From: Candidatus Micrarchaeota archaeon
Lineage (GTDB): Archaea; Micrarchaeota; Micrarchaeia; Anstonellales; Bilamarchaeaceae
NCBI GenBank assembly: GCA_029557835.1
Contig: JAKQHW010000067.1
Coordinates: 1-41,180, forward strand
Length of the DNA stretch: 41,180 nucleotides
Direction: 5' to 3'
Shown here: piece by piece, positions 1-9,113 of the stretch
Numbering within the stretch: position 1 is the stretch's first letter
Layout of the letters: each line of letters starts with the position of its first letter
Program-made: the position numbers and the translations under genes
The notes under the pieces: model-generated
Databases searched by the model: none
Told to the model about the DNA's origin: nothing
Seen by the model: the letters and a program-made list of their open reading frames with translations, nothing else

Positions 1-10
1 CCTTTTCGAG

Positions 11-2389
11 ATGTTCGACAACTGGGGGGTGATAGCGCTCCTGGAGATCGTGTGCCTTGCGCCTTTTGCCGCATACCCGCTCGCGGTGCTTGCCGGATTC
101 GTTTATTTCATGATGGCGTGGGGCAGCCTGCACTTCGGCTCCGCGAAGAGCGTTATAATCTCCGTTCCGGCCGTCCTGCTCATATTGCTTTTGTCCTCCC
201 TTTGGGTCGCCCCCAACAACGCATACCTTCCGGTGGCGATGGGGCTGTACGAGCCAGGGGTGCAGGCGGTTATGCTGTCCAAGCCCGCGCTCGGGCTAGG
301 GGAGTTCTCGGGCGCAATCGGGCCCGCGCTTGCGAATGCGTTCAACTTTGCGGGCGCAAAGGACATCTTCCCCGCGATGGGGAAGATATACGACAACCTG
401 ATGCGGCTGCTGTTCATGGACTTCGGGCTTTTCCAGGTGGCTGTTTGGGCGCTTGCGCTTTATCTGGTGGGATGGCTGCCCGCCCAGCTGAGGGGGAAAT
501 GGGCGCAGGCAATGTCCGCTTCCGCGCTCCTCATCGTCCCGGTTTCATATTTCGCGATGGGGGCTGTGCTTAATTTCGCCTTCAACCCCCTCATGGTGTT
601 TTACATAATCGCGACCGTCGCCCTGTTCGGGGCGCTTGAGTTCGCCGGGATAAAAATCTCAAAGGAGAAGCAGATAAGGGCAAAGCAGAAGCTGAAGGGG
701 TTCGGGAAGATGGGCGTGCAGGACCTCCAGCTGGGGGCGGGGGAGGCCGGCCTCGGGGACGTGGGCGGCTATGAGGACGTGAAGAAGGAGCTCAAGGACT
801 CCATAATCACGCCCCTGCAGGAGAGGGAGCTCGCGGACGCGTATGGATTGAAGCCTCCCTCCGGGGTGCTGCTTTTCGGCCCGCCGGGTACGGGAAAGAC
901 AATGCTGATGAGGGCGCTTTCCAAGGAATTGGGATATGGTTTCTATTATGTGAAAACATCGGAGATTTTGAGCAAGTGGGTGGGCGAGAGCGAGAAGAAC
1001 GTGAGCGAGCTTTTCGGGAACGCGAGAAAATCCGCCCCCGCGATAATATTTTTCGACGAGATTGACGCGATAGGGAAGAAACGGAGCGAATCCGGGGTGG
1101 ACGAGGTCGGGCCCCGCGTGCTGAGCACCCTGCTCCAGGAGATAGACGGGTACAAGGACGACAAGAAGCCGGTGATAGTGGTCGGGGCCACGAACGTGCC
1201 CAACAAGCTGGACCCCGCGCTCATGAGGCCCGGGAGGTTTGACAAGATAATCTACATGCACCTTCCGGACTTTGATGCGAGGAAGGCGATATTCAGGGTG
1301 CACCTTGCGAAGATACCCACCTCCCCTGATGTGGATGTGGATGCGCTTGCGAAGAAGAGCGAAAGGTATTCGGGCGCGGACATAAAGAACGTGGTCACCG
1401 AGGCGCTGAACGCCGCGGCGCAGCAGGCGAAGGCGGCGAAGAAGATAATCCCTGTAACGATGGCCGACCTGCTCAGGGTGCTGGAATACACCAAGCCGAG
1501 CACCACTTTCTCCCAGCTTGATGAGTATGAGGAGTTCAAGACAGATTTCGAGCGCTCCGTGGCCCGGGAAGTGAAGCCCGCGGTGGAGGATAAGAGGGTT
1601 GGGTGGAAGGACGTCGCGGACCTGGAAGACGTGAAGGGCGCGTTCAGGGAGGCGATTGAGTTGCCCCTCCTTCACCCCGAGCTCATGGAGAAATACGGGG
1701 TGAGGCCGACAAGGGGGATGCTTATGTTCGGGCCGCCGGGGTGCGGGAAGACGCTTGTGGTGAAGGCGGCGGCATCCGAGATGGACATAACCATGGTCAC
1801 GGTCAGCGGGGCCCAGCTCATGAAGAAGGGGTACGGGCACGCGGTGACGGTCATAAAGGAGACCTTCAACAGGGCGAGGGAGAACCCGCCCTCGATAATT
1901 TTTGTGGACGAGATAGAGACCATTGCGCCCTCAAGGGAGACGGGGCGGGCGGACATAGTGGGGCAATTTTTGACCGAGATGGACGGGCTCAAGGAGCTGA
2001 AGGGGGTTGTGGTCGTTGGCGCGACAAACAAGCCGTCAATGCTGGACCCGGCGATACTGAGGCCGGGGAGGTTTGACAAGATTTTCTACATCCATCCCCC
2101 GGATGCGCCGGGGAGGGAACAGCTCTTCAAAATCCATTTGGGCGGGCTGGCGAAGGGGCTGGATTTGGGAAAGCTGGCGCGGCTCTCGGAAGGGTTCTCC
2201 GGGGCGGACATCGCAGCCCTTGCGCAGGAGGTGAAGATGCACATGGTCAGGGAAAGGATTGCGGAGAGGGAGCCCCACATAAGTACGGACGATGTGCTGA
2301 GGATGCTATCTATGAGAAGGCCGTCCATAACCCGGCAGGCGCTGATGGAATACGAGGCGTTCATGCAGGAATACGGGGAGAGACACTGA
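11..2389 (+). CDS. Membrane-anchored tandem AAA+ ATPase (CDC48/Vps4-like, two AAA modules, N-terminal multi-TM domain); probably 5'-truncated by the window edge
   Basis: About 210 hydrophobic N-terminal residues, then two modules: Walker A GPPGTGKT / GPPGCGKT, Walker B IIFFDEID / IIFVDEIE, SRH ATN..LDPA..RPGRFD in both. The frame is open back to position 2. Confidence 0.9.
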   Translation: MFDNWGVIALLEIVCLAPFAAYPLAVLAGFVYFMMAWGSLHFGSAKSVIISVPAVLLILLLSSLWVAPNNAYLPVAMGLYEPGVQAVMLSKPALGLGEFSGAIGPALANAFNFAGAKDIFPAMGKIYDNLMRLLFMDFGLFQVAVWALALYLVGWLPAQLRGKWAQAMSASALLIVPVSYFAMGAVLNFAFNPLMVFYIIATVALFGALEFAGIKISKEKQIRAKQKLKGFGKMGVQDLQLGAGEAGLGDVGGYEDVKKELKDSIITPLQERELADAYGLKPPSGVLLFGPPGTGKTMLMRALSKELGYGFYYVKTSEILSKWVGESEKNVSELFGNARKSAPAIIFFDEIDAIGKKRSESGVDEVGPRVLSTLLQEIDGYKDDKKPVIVVGATNVPNKLDPALMRPGRFDKIIYMHLPDFDARKAIFRVHLAKIPTSPDVDVDALAKKSERYSGADIKNVVTEALNAAAQQAKAAKKIIPVTMADLLRVLEYTKPSTTFSQLDEYEEFKTDFERSVAREVKPAVEDKRVGWKDVADLEDVKGAFREAIELPLLHPELMEKYGVRPTRGMLMFGPPGCGKTLVVKAAASEMDITMVTVSGAQLMKKGYGHAVTVIKETFNRARENPPSIIFVDEIETIAPSRETGRADIVGQFLTEMDGLKELKGVVVVGATNKPSMLDPAILRPGRFDKIFYIHPPDAPGREQLFKIHLGGLAKGLDLGKLARLSEGFSGADIAALAQEVKMHMVRERIAEREPHISTDDVLRMLSMRRPSITRQALMEYEAFMQEYGERH

Positions 2390-2544
2390 TAGTGCTAAGA
2401 GTTGCAAAGTGAAGTGGGAGGGGGTCAGAAAGATAGAAGAAAATGGGGGGATTCGGTCGACGCCCCGTTGCAGGGAATTGCAGTGAAGAGGGGCGGAGGG
2501 CGAACTGTGCCCTCCCCGCGTTTTCTCTGGGGAGAGGCACTGAA

Positions 2545-3114
2545 TTATAGGGGCTTTACCGCGATTACCCCTGCCCTTGTCTTGTAGAACGTGTAGCCCA
2601 TCTTCATGAGCACCTTCTCGGTTTTAGTGCCCCTCTGGGAAATGACATCATCCACGTTCCCGTCCGGGTTCAGGGGGGTGGTGATGGTGACTGCGAATTT
2701 GAACTCCCTCGCCCTCCCCTCTATCTCCCGGTGGTCCACGAGGAGCTCGCGCAATCCCTTGCCCTCGTATGGGAGGAGGACCGCGTCGTCCTCCAAAAAT
2801 ATTGCATTGGTGTATCCCCCCTCCAATTGGAGGTTGGAGGGGTTGTAGGCCGTGCCCCAGGCGAGCCCGACAGCAACGAGCATCCTGCCCACGTACGCGC
2901 CGTAGCTCATGTTGCGCTTCAGCACCTCCCGCACCTCGTCATCCGTGACCGAGAAAAGGCATTTCCTCATTATCACGGTGACTTCCTCCGTGTCCTCAGG
3001 CTTGAGGCGCTTTATCTCCGCCTCCTCCATGTCTATTGGTGAGCGCACGCGCATCTTTGGGGAGGCCTTCTCCTCCTTTTTCTCCTCTATTATCGCGTTC
3101 TTGAAGTCACTCAT
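2545..3114 (-). CDS. Hypothetical protein, probable divergent GNAT-fold acetyltransferase
   Basis: YGAYVGRMLVAVG strand pair and motif-A-like AVLLPYEGKGLRELL; TTTTAAAA box about 25 nt upstream of the ATG. Confidence 0.55.
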   Translation of the reverse strand: MSDFKNAIIEEKKEEKASPKMRVRSPIDMEEAEIKRLKPEDTEEVTVIMRKCLFSVTDDEVREVLKRNMSYGAYVGRMLVAVGLAWGTAYNPSNLQLEGGYTNAIFLEDDAVLLPYEGKGLRELLVDHREIEGRAREFKFAVTITTPLNPDGNVDDVISQRGTKTEKVLMKMGYTFYKTRAGVIAVKPL

Positions 3115-3147
3115 CAGGAATAATCTCCGCTGAGGAGTTTTTAAAAC

Positions 3148-3483
3148 TCACATAAAGCGGGTGTTGCAGACCGGGCAGCGCGTATAGAGGGTTTCCATCT
3201 CGTAGCCGCAGATGGGGCATCTCCAGACCTGCTTTTTGGCGCGGGCAAGCTCTGCCTCGAAATTGTAGTTGCATTGGGGGCATATTTTCGCGTCCAGCTC
3301 GCACAATTCGGAGCATTTGGGGCATTTCTTCCTGAACATGGACTTTATGCGCACCCCGCAGGAGGGGCAGCGCTCCATATTGAGGGTGACCTTTGCGCCG
3401 CAGGAGGGGCACTTGTAATCCTTGTCCGCAAGGGTGGTTTTCTTCCTGGAGAGGGCCTCCCCTATCGCGTCTAGGAGCCCCAT
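3148..3483 (-). CDS. Multi zinc-ribbon (double zinc ribbon) protein
   Basis: Six CxxC pairs (CPSC, CPSC, CPKC, CPQC, CPIC, CPVC). Start moved to MGLLDAIG at 3483, overlapping the stop of the upstream gene. Confidence 0.8.
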   Translation of the reverse strand: MGLLDAIGEALSRKKTTLADKDYKCPSCGAKVTLNMERCPSCGVRIKSMFRKKCPKCSELCELDAKICPQCNYNFEAELARAKKQVWRCPICGYEMETLYTRCPVCNTRFM

Positions 3484-4472
3484 CTGAACACCGCGAATGG
3501 CAGAAGCGCGAGGAGCACCAGCATGGACGGGCACATCGGCTTATCACTGCCGCCTGGCTGGGTTGAGGGCGGCTGGGAGCCCGCGGGGGTTCCGGCGGGG
3601 GGCGCATCGCCCGGAGCCACGTCCTGCACCTGCGCGCCAAGGCACTGGGAGGACATTGCGGAATTGAGTGCCGCGAGGCTTGTTTCGTAATTTCCGTCCC
3701 TAACCCGGGCTTTTAGCGCGTCTATCTGCGTGCGCACCGCGCCCGAGTTGCATCCCCTTGAGTTCGCAAGGGATTCCGCGTTTGTTATCTCCGCGATTGC
3801 GGCGGAGCAATGGGAAGAGCTGTCCTTTATCGAACGGAGGTCGTTTATCGCGCCCTCCAAAAGAAGGCGCGCATCGTCAACCCTGCATTCCTTCAAAAGT
3901 GCGGCGGACCGGTTGTCCAGCCCCCCAAGCGCGGAAAGGTCTTCTTTCAACTTGCAGCACAAGGTCCCGTCCGCGCTGCAGAAGGAGAGCGCCTGCGCAT
4001 CGGAAAGTTCCCGCCGGTATTCCGCGGTCTTGTTTTCAACAATTGTTTCCTTCGTGGTCTTCACATGGTTGAGCGGAAAGCTCATCTCCGCCTCGTACCT
4101 TGTGGAGCCGCGGGACATGGTCGCCTTTATGAGCTCAAGGGTTTCGGTGCGCTCCCCGGTCCCGCCCAAATAAAGCGGAAGGCGGACATTGCACTCCTTC
4201 CCGTACTGGAGCACCCCGCATTCAAAGAACTGCACCCAGTCCCCGGTGGTCGCGTTCTTGTAGTAGAAATATGCATCAGTGCGCTCCCCGAACGGGTTGG
4301 GCGTCCAGACATCCACGGTTACATAGGAGGGGCCCTTTCCCCCGGATTCGCAATTCTGCACCAGCACCGCCCTCGTGGGGTCCTGCGAATCGACCTCACG
4401 GATGTATATCTCCCAGGCCTCGCAGAAAGCGAGGCCGCAAACGACCAGCAGAAGAAAAATCGCGGCTTTCAT
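3471..4472 (-). CDS. Secreted/surface protein with signal peptide, P/G/S/T linker and C-terminal Cys-Pro + TM anchor (CGP-CTERM-like)
   Basis: MKAAIFLLLVVCGLAFC signal; beta-rich N-terminal half; Cys-containing helical C-terminal half; ends ...PPSTQPGGSDKPMCPSMLVLLALLPFAVFRWGS. Confidence 0.75.
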   Translation of the reverse strand: MKAAIFLLLVVCGLAFCEAWEIYIREVDSQDPTRAVLVQNCESGGKGPSYVTVDVWTPNPFGERTDAYFYYKNATTGDWVQFFECGVLQYGKECNVRLPLYLGGTGERTETLELIKATMSRGSTRYEAEMSFPLNHVKTTKETIVENKTAEYRRELSDAQALSFCSADGTLCCKLKEDLSALGGLDNRSAALLKECRVDDARLLLEGAINDLRSIKDSSSHCSAAIAEITNAESLANSRGCNSGAVRTQIDALKARVRDGNYETSLAALNSAMSSQCLGAQVQDVAPGDAPPAGTPAGSQPPSTQPGGSDKPMCPSMLVLLALLPFAVFRWGS

Positions 4473-4493
4473 AGGGGGGATTCGCAAGAAGCA

Positions 4494-4501
4494 TTTATAT
4501 A
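4494..4501. promoter_or_regulatory. Bidirectional TATA box for the divergent genes starting at 4472(-) and 4523(+)
   Basis: TTTATATA (+) / TATATAAA (-), with 21 nt between the box and each ATG, the spacing expected for leaderless archaeal mRNAs. Confidence 0.65.
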
Positions 4502-4522
4502 CTTTACAGAAGAGGTTGGGGC

Positions 4523-5779
4523 ATGCGGGGGTTGCTGTTTGCGGTGCTTCTGGTCACACTATGCTTCGCCAGCGCGCCCCCGAAAGTCGAGCTCCCAAAG
4601 CTGGGAATTGCGGAAAATCCGGCGTTTCTTGGTGCAATAATCCTGTTATCCGTGGCTTTCGCAGTCCTTTCCTACACAATATCAACTGCGATACAGAATG
4701 CGTCCGCAATCGCCTGGAGCAAGGAGCAGCTCAGGGAGGTGATTGTGGGGGTAATAATCGTAATTTTGGTCTATGGGGCCAATGTCACGGCAAATGAAAT
4801 GATAAAGAGCATGACCGGGCACAACAATGCGGTCGAGCTGGGGAGCGCGGTCCTGGACGGGCTCATAGGAGACCTGGAAATGATTTATGGGAAGATAGGG
4901 GAGGCGTATTTCTCAGTTGCGGTCCAGCAGGGGATGAGCGTGAGCATAGTGGAAGCGGTGCCGCCAATCAAATTCTTCTTCATGCAGCCGGCCATATACT
5001 ATGCGAATGACTCGATGCCTTATTACGGAATAAGCCCGGTGCTGCAGATGCTTAGCCAGGCATCTTCCCAGATAACAATACAGATATTGAGCTTCAAGGT
5101 GCTTAAGCTCCTGTTGTTATACATCGGAGGAGTGGTCCCGGGCTTCCTCCTTCCCATCGGGTTTGCGTTCAGGGTTTTCCCCATGACAAAAAGGACCGGG
5201 GACACCCTCATAGCCCTAAGTCTGGGGGCGCTGTTCATGCTGCCGGCATCCCTGGTGGTGGTCGGGGAGCTGAAGGAGATAAGCCCTCTGGACAACGTAA
5301 GAGCCGCGGAAAGGGAAACTTTCTACGATAACGTGGATCCGGTCTTCTTCTCGCAGGCCAGCGCGGCGCTTATAACCGGGCTCTGCCAGAACACTGCGGT
5401 AAAAATAGCTTTTGGATTCGGGGAATTCTTCTGGGGGACAATTTTCGGGCTTATTGCCTCGGCGCCAGAGGCCTTTACTACTTTTTTCTTCTGGTTTGAT
5501 AAATTCGTGAGCATGGTGTGGCCCTGGGTGATTTACGGGCTGCAGACGTTGTACGGGCTGATACTGGCAGGAATAGTGCACGGCATGGACATGGACTCCA
5601 TATATGCCAGAACCGTAAAGCCAATAGTTGAAATACTCATGCCCGCGGTGAGCGAGATAACTATGTTTTCGATAATCAGCATAATAACCATAGCAACAAT
5701 AACATACACCGGAACGAAATCGATATCAACCGCACTAGGCGGGGAGCACACCTTCTACGGGCTTACGAGGATGATATGA
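4523..5779 (+). CDS. Polytopic membrane protein, paralog 1 of 6 (CedA/VirB6-like)
   Basis: Signal peptide; motif A LSYTISTAIQNASAIAWSKEQLREV; motif B LLPIGFAFRVFPMTKRTGDTLIALSLGALFMLP; C-terminal SISTALGGE..LTRMI. Confidence 0.7.
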   Translation: MRGLLFAVLLVTLCFASAPPKVELPKLGIAENPAFLGAIILLSVAFAVLSYTISTAIQNASAIAWSKEQLREVIVGVIIVILVYGANVTANEMIKSMTGHNNAVELGSAVLDGLIGDLEMIYGKIGEAYFSVAVQQGMSVSIVEAVPPIKFFFMQPAIYYANDSMPYYGISPVLQMLSQASSQITIQILSFKVLKLLLLYIGGVVPGFLLPIGFAFRVFPMTKRTGDTLIALSLGALFMLPASLVVVGELKEISPLDNVRAAERETFYDNVDPVFFSQASAALITGLCQNTAVKIAFGFGEFFWGTIFGLIASAPEAFTTFFFWFDKFVSMVWPWVIYGLQTLYGLILAGIVHGMDMDSIYARTVKPIVEILMPAVSEITMFSIISIITIATITYTGTKSISTALGGEHTFYGLTRMI

Positions 5780-6660
5780 TGAGGGCCCTCCTTGCGTTCC
5801 TGCTCCTTTTCCCGCTTTCCTTTGCCGGATGCGGCATAATGGACGAGGATGCGGACTCCGCCTTCCTGGAAGCAATGCCCATAATATCCGCGGCGATAAT
5901 GCTATCTGTCCTGGTGGCCGCAATCGCGTACATGGCCGGGAGCTTCACGCGCAACCCACAGCTGCTGGTATTCAGCAAGGACCAGATATTCCACACCTTT
6001 GTCTCGGTGCTGCTTGTGGTGTCAATAGAAGGGATATTCTTCTTCACGTGCATAATGGCAAGCCAGGCGGCCGGGGGCGTGGACATGCAGGGCGCATCAA
6101 TCAATTATTTGAGGGCGTTGCACGTTGAGGGCGGGCAGATGCTAACCACGATAATGAAGAGATCAATAGACTACAAGTTCGATGCGGTCGATTTCTTCGG
6201 ATACCAGGTGCCGTTCCTTGGAGGGGAGACTTTCTGGTACAATGCATACAAAAATGCGTATTCCCGCCACCTGGAGATAGTTTTTGACATGGTCATGGTG
6301 GGATACGTGAGCGCCGGGGTGCAATACAACATCATGTCGTTCCTGCCTCGGCTCGCGCTGGGCATAATGGTCCCGTTGGGGCTGGTGATCCGTTGCATCC
6401 CGAAGGCGCGCGAGGCCGGGAACATGGTGATTGCGGTCGCATTGGCCATTTACGTGGTCATTCCATTCACCTATGCGGTGCATTCCACCATGAGGGACAC
6501 CCCGGTCCCATGGTATTCCGGGGAGATGGATGAGACGGGGATATCTTTTGAACAGGTTGCATTGTACATGTTCCAGACGATATTCCTACCAAACCTTTCG
6601 CTGGTGATTTTTGCGACCGCGGTGGGCGGGCTGATGAAGGTGGCGAAGGTGATCCCATGA
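5776..6660 (+). CDS. Polytopic membrane protein, paralog 2 of 6 (CedA/VirB6-like, minimal form)
   Basis: ATGA overlap with upstream gene; motif A IAYMAGSFTRNPQLLVFSKDQIFH; motif B MVPLGLVIRCIPKAREAGNMVIAVALAIYVVIP. Confidence 0.7.
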   Translation: MMRALLAFLLLFPLSFAGCGIMDEDADSAFLEAMPIISAAIMLSVLVAAIAYMAGSFTRNPQLLVFSKDQIFHTFVSVLLVVSIEGIFFFTCIMASQAAGGVDMQGASINYLRALHVEGGQMLTTIMKRSIDYKFDAVDFFGYQVPFLGGETFWYNAYKNAYSRHLEIVFDMVMVGYVSAGVQYNIMSFLPRLALGIMVPLGLVIRCIPKAREAGNMVIAVALAIYVVIPFTYAVHSTMRDTPVPWYSGEMDETGISFEQVALYMFQTIFLPNLSLVIFATAVGGLMKVAKVIP

Positions 6661-9113
6661 GGAAGCTGCTGTGCCTTTTGGCTGCGCTTGCGCTCGTTGC
6701 GGGCATATGGGCACAGGCAGGGGCGTCCAGCATCCTGGAGCATGAACAAGAGCGCACCACCCTGCTCGGGAGCATAGCCAACGACTGGCAGATATATACT
6801 GTTTTGATAATGATGGTCATGCTGGGGCTGGTGGCGCTCGCATATGCGATTGCGAACGCGTTTTCGCTCCCGGACCTTAGGGCATGGGCGGACGTGGAGC
6901 TTGGGGAGATATTCGCAAGCGCCCTCCTGCTGATATTCATCATAGGGATTGTGCTGTTCATAGACATGGCGGTGAGGGGGACTATAGCCCCGAGCTTCCC
7001 GGGCTCATGCGAGAGAGGGGGGTTCTGCGCCGCGAATATCGCATACGATTACCTGGAAAGTTACAAGAAGGCTGCGTTCGGGCTGTATGAGAGCATATTG
7101 AAGAGCAATATGGAAAAGGCGAGGGAGGCGACGCAAGGGCACACCGTTGGCGTGCAGGACATGATTTACCTGTACATAACATACCGGTTCAGGACCGGCG
7201 GGCCTGAGATGATAACCGTAGAGATGTACGACCAGCTTCTACAGAACCTGGGGGCGATAATAGGCACGCTTATGGCACAGGGATTTGTGCTTAAGTTCCT
7301 GAGCCTGAGGCTTGCGCCCATCGCCATATTCTTGGGCATAATACTGCGGACGTTTTTCATGACGCGGAAGCTTGGCGGGCTGCTGCTTGCCTTCGGGCTG
7401 GGTTTCCTCGTAGTATATCCTTTGACCTATGCGCTCGCATGGTACACGCTTGATGCCGCGATATACGGGGCGCAGAAAGGGCCGACCGGACAGCTTTCCG
7501 CTTGCCCGGAGGTCTGCCTGCCCTCTTCAAGGATAGCGGATTACATCAGCAGTGGAAGCCCGGTGCTTGTGGAGAAGGAGGATGTGCTCGCGGCCCTTTA
7601 TGACGACTGCATCGAGGACATCGGGGATGTGGACGAAACTGGGAGGAGCCGCACCTGCATGGACGGCTGCGTGGCCGGCTACCGTGCAGCTTGCGAAGAG
7701 GGATGCGCAAGGGGGTGCAGGCTGGACGGGCTTGCGCCGCCCGTGGAGGACTGTGGGGCTTACTGCGAAGGTACGGGGGTGAGGGGCCCTGTGGGGGATT
7801 GTTTTGCTTATTGTGGGTTCACGGGCGAGAGTTTCTTGTTCATGGATGAAGGTTGGAGGCCGTGTGCGGACGTATGCGATGCAACTTATGCAAGGGATTC
7901 TCCGGAATGGGACGAATGCATGTTGGATTGCAGCCACACATATATGGGACCATTCCCATATACTGCCTCCTGCATATATAATTGTGAAGAAAACCAGATG
8001 GAGCCATCCGCCGAATGGACTGCGTGCCTTGGAAGATGCTCGGATGCCAACGCGGCCGCAAGACCCCTCTGGGAAGAGTGCATTGGAGGATGCGAGGGAA
8101 GGAACAACTGCGATGCAACTGCGGACGAGAGGGAATCCTATTGCAGGAGGGAATGCCCGGTGCTCCCGGAATACGCGGAAGGGAGGGACGAATATTGCAG
8201 GAGGGAGGCTGAAGACAGGCTGGTCGGGCTCGGGATGGGGGGAATAAACATAGAGAGCGGTGGCTTTTCCATACATAATTTCAAATACTGCGAATACACA
8301 AAATGCGGGTTCCCGGTGCCGTACCATGTTGCGGATTGCATAAAGTATGCCGGAAGGCCGGATGTGTGCAACACGAGGCCTTTCGACCCGGAAGACCCTG
8401 CGTATGCCGAATTTGATGCGAGCGAGCTGGTGGATGGCTGCCCTGCCGAGTGCAGGACGCTCGCCCCCATGAAAGAGGTGGGCGAAAGCAGCTGCAGGAA
8501 CGTTTATTGCAAGGAATTGAGGGATGGGAGGGAACTTTGGGAGATGTGCGTGGAGAAGTGGGGATACCTCACATGCATACAAAGCTCCGCATGGGAAAGT
8601 TTCTACGACCAGTACGCGTGCAAGGAATACTCGTTGAAGTGCCCGTCCCAGTGCATGTGGGTTACGACCGGAAATTACAGCGACCCGACATGCCCGGAAA
8701 CCTGCAAGGACCTTTATCCTGACAATCCGCAGTACCTTTGGGAGAATGACTTATATCAGCAGACCTGCGTGTACATAATACCGGATGTTGTCTTTGAGGA
8801 CCCTGAAAAATGCGGGAACTGTGCGTTCGTGGCGGAGAAGGGGCTCACCATGAAGCCGCCCATGATACTTGATTGCGGTAGGTTCTGCGGCTCGCCCTCG
8901 CTCAAGGTGATGGCCGAGGACCCGGCGACCATGACCAACCGGATAGGGGGGATGGTGGGTCCGACCGAGCTGGTTAGCGTGAGCAAGCTTATGATACCCG
9001 CATATGTGCTCCCGCTGTTCAACCTCGCGGTGACCCTCATGTTCATAATAACGCTTTCGCCGATGCTCGGAGGCGACTTTGACCTGCCCGGGATGATGAG
9101 GATGATACAATGA
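6657..9113 (+). CDS. Polytopic membrane protein, paralog 3 of 6 (CedA/VirB6-like) with a ~470-aa Cys-rich extracellular insertion
   Basis: ATGA overlap; motif A LAYAIANAFSLPDLRAWADVELGEI; motif B IFLGIILRTFFMTRKLGGLLLAFGLGFLVVYP; many CxxxC units; C-terminal LSPMLGGDFDLPGMMRMI. Confidence 0.72.
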   Translation: MRKLLCLLAALALVAGIWAQAGASSILEHEQERTTLLGSIANDWQIYTVLIMMVMLGLVALAYAIANAFSLPDLRAWADVELGEIFASALLLIFIIGIVLFIDMAVRGTIAPSFPGSCERGGFCAANIAYDYLESYKKAAFGLYESILKSNMEKAREATQGHTVGVQDMIYLYITYRFRTGGPEMITVEMYDQLLQNLGAIIGTLMAQGFVLKFLSLRLAPIAIFLGIILRTFFMTRKLGGLLLAFGLGFLVVYPLTYALAWYTLDAAIYGAQKGPTGQLSACPEVCLPSSRIADYISSGSPVLVEKEDVLAALYDDCIEDIGDVDETGRSRTCMDGCVAGYRAACEEGCARGCRLDGLAPPVEDCGAYCEGTGVRGPVGDCFAYCGFTGESFLFMDEGWRPCADVCDATYARDSPEWDECMLDCSHTYMGPFPYTASCIYNCEENQMEPSAEWTACLGRCSDANAAARPLWEECIGGCEGRNNCDATADERESYCRRECPVLPEYAEGRDEYCRREAEDRLVGLGMGGINIESGGFSIHNFKYCEYTKCGFPVPYHVADCIKYAGRPDVCNTRPFDPEDPAYAEFDASELVDGCPAECRTLAPMKEVGESSCRNVYCKELRDGRELWEMCVEKWGYLTCIQSSAWESFYDQYACKEYSLKCPSQCMWVTTGNYSDPTCPETCKDLYPDNPQYLWENDLYQQTCVYIIPDVVFEDPEKCGNCAFVAEKGLTMKPPMILDCGRFCGSPSLKVMAEDPATMTNRIGGMVGPTELVSVSKLMIPAYVLPLFNLAVTLMFIITLSPMLGGDFDLPGMMRMIQ

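Noticed and set aside
659-1840. 393-aa minus-strand ORF (similar long shadows: 7527-8582, 25048-26382, 20789-21652, 3810-4640)
   Set aside because: Antisense to well-supported genes, no recognisable motifs, and His/Pro/Leu/Arg-rich composition typical of GC-rich shadow frames.
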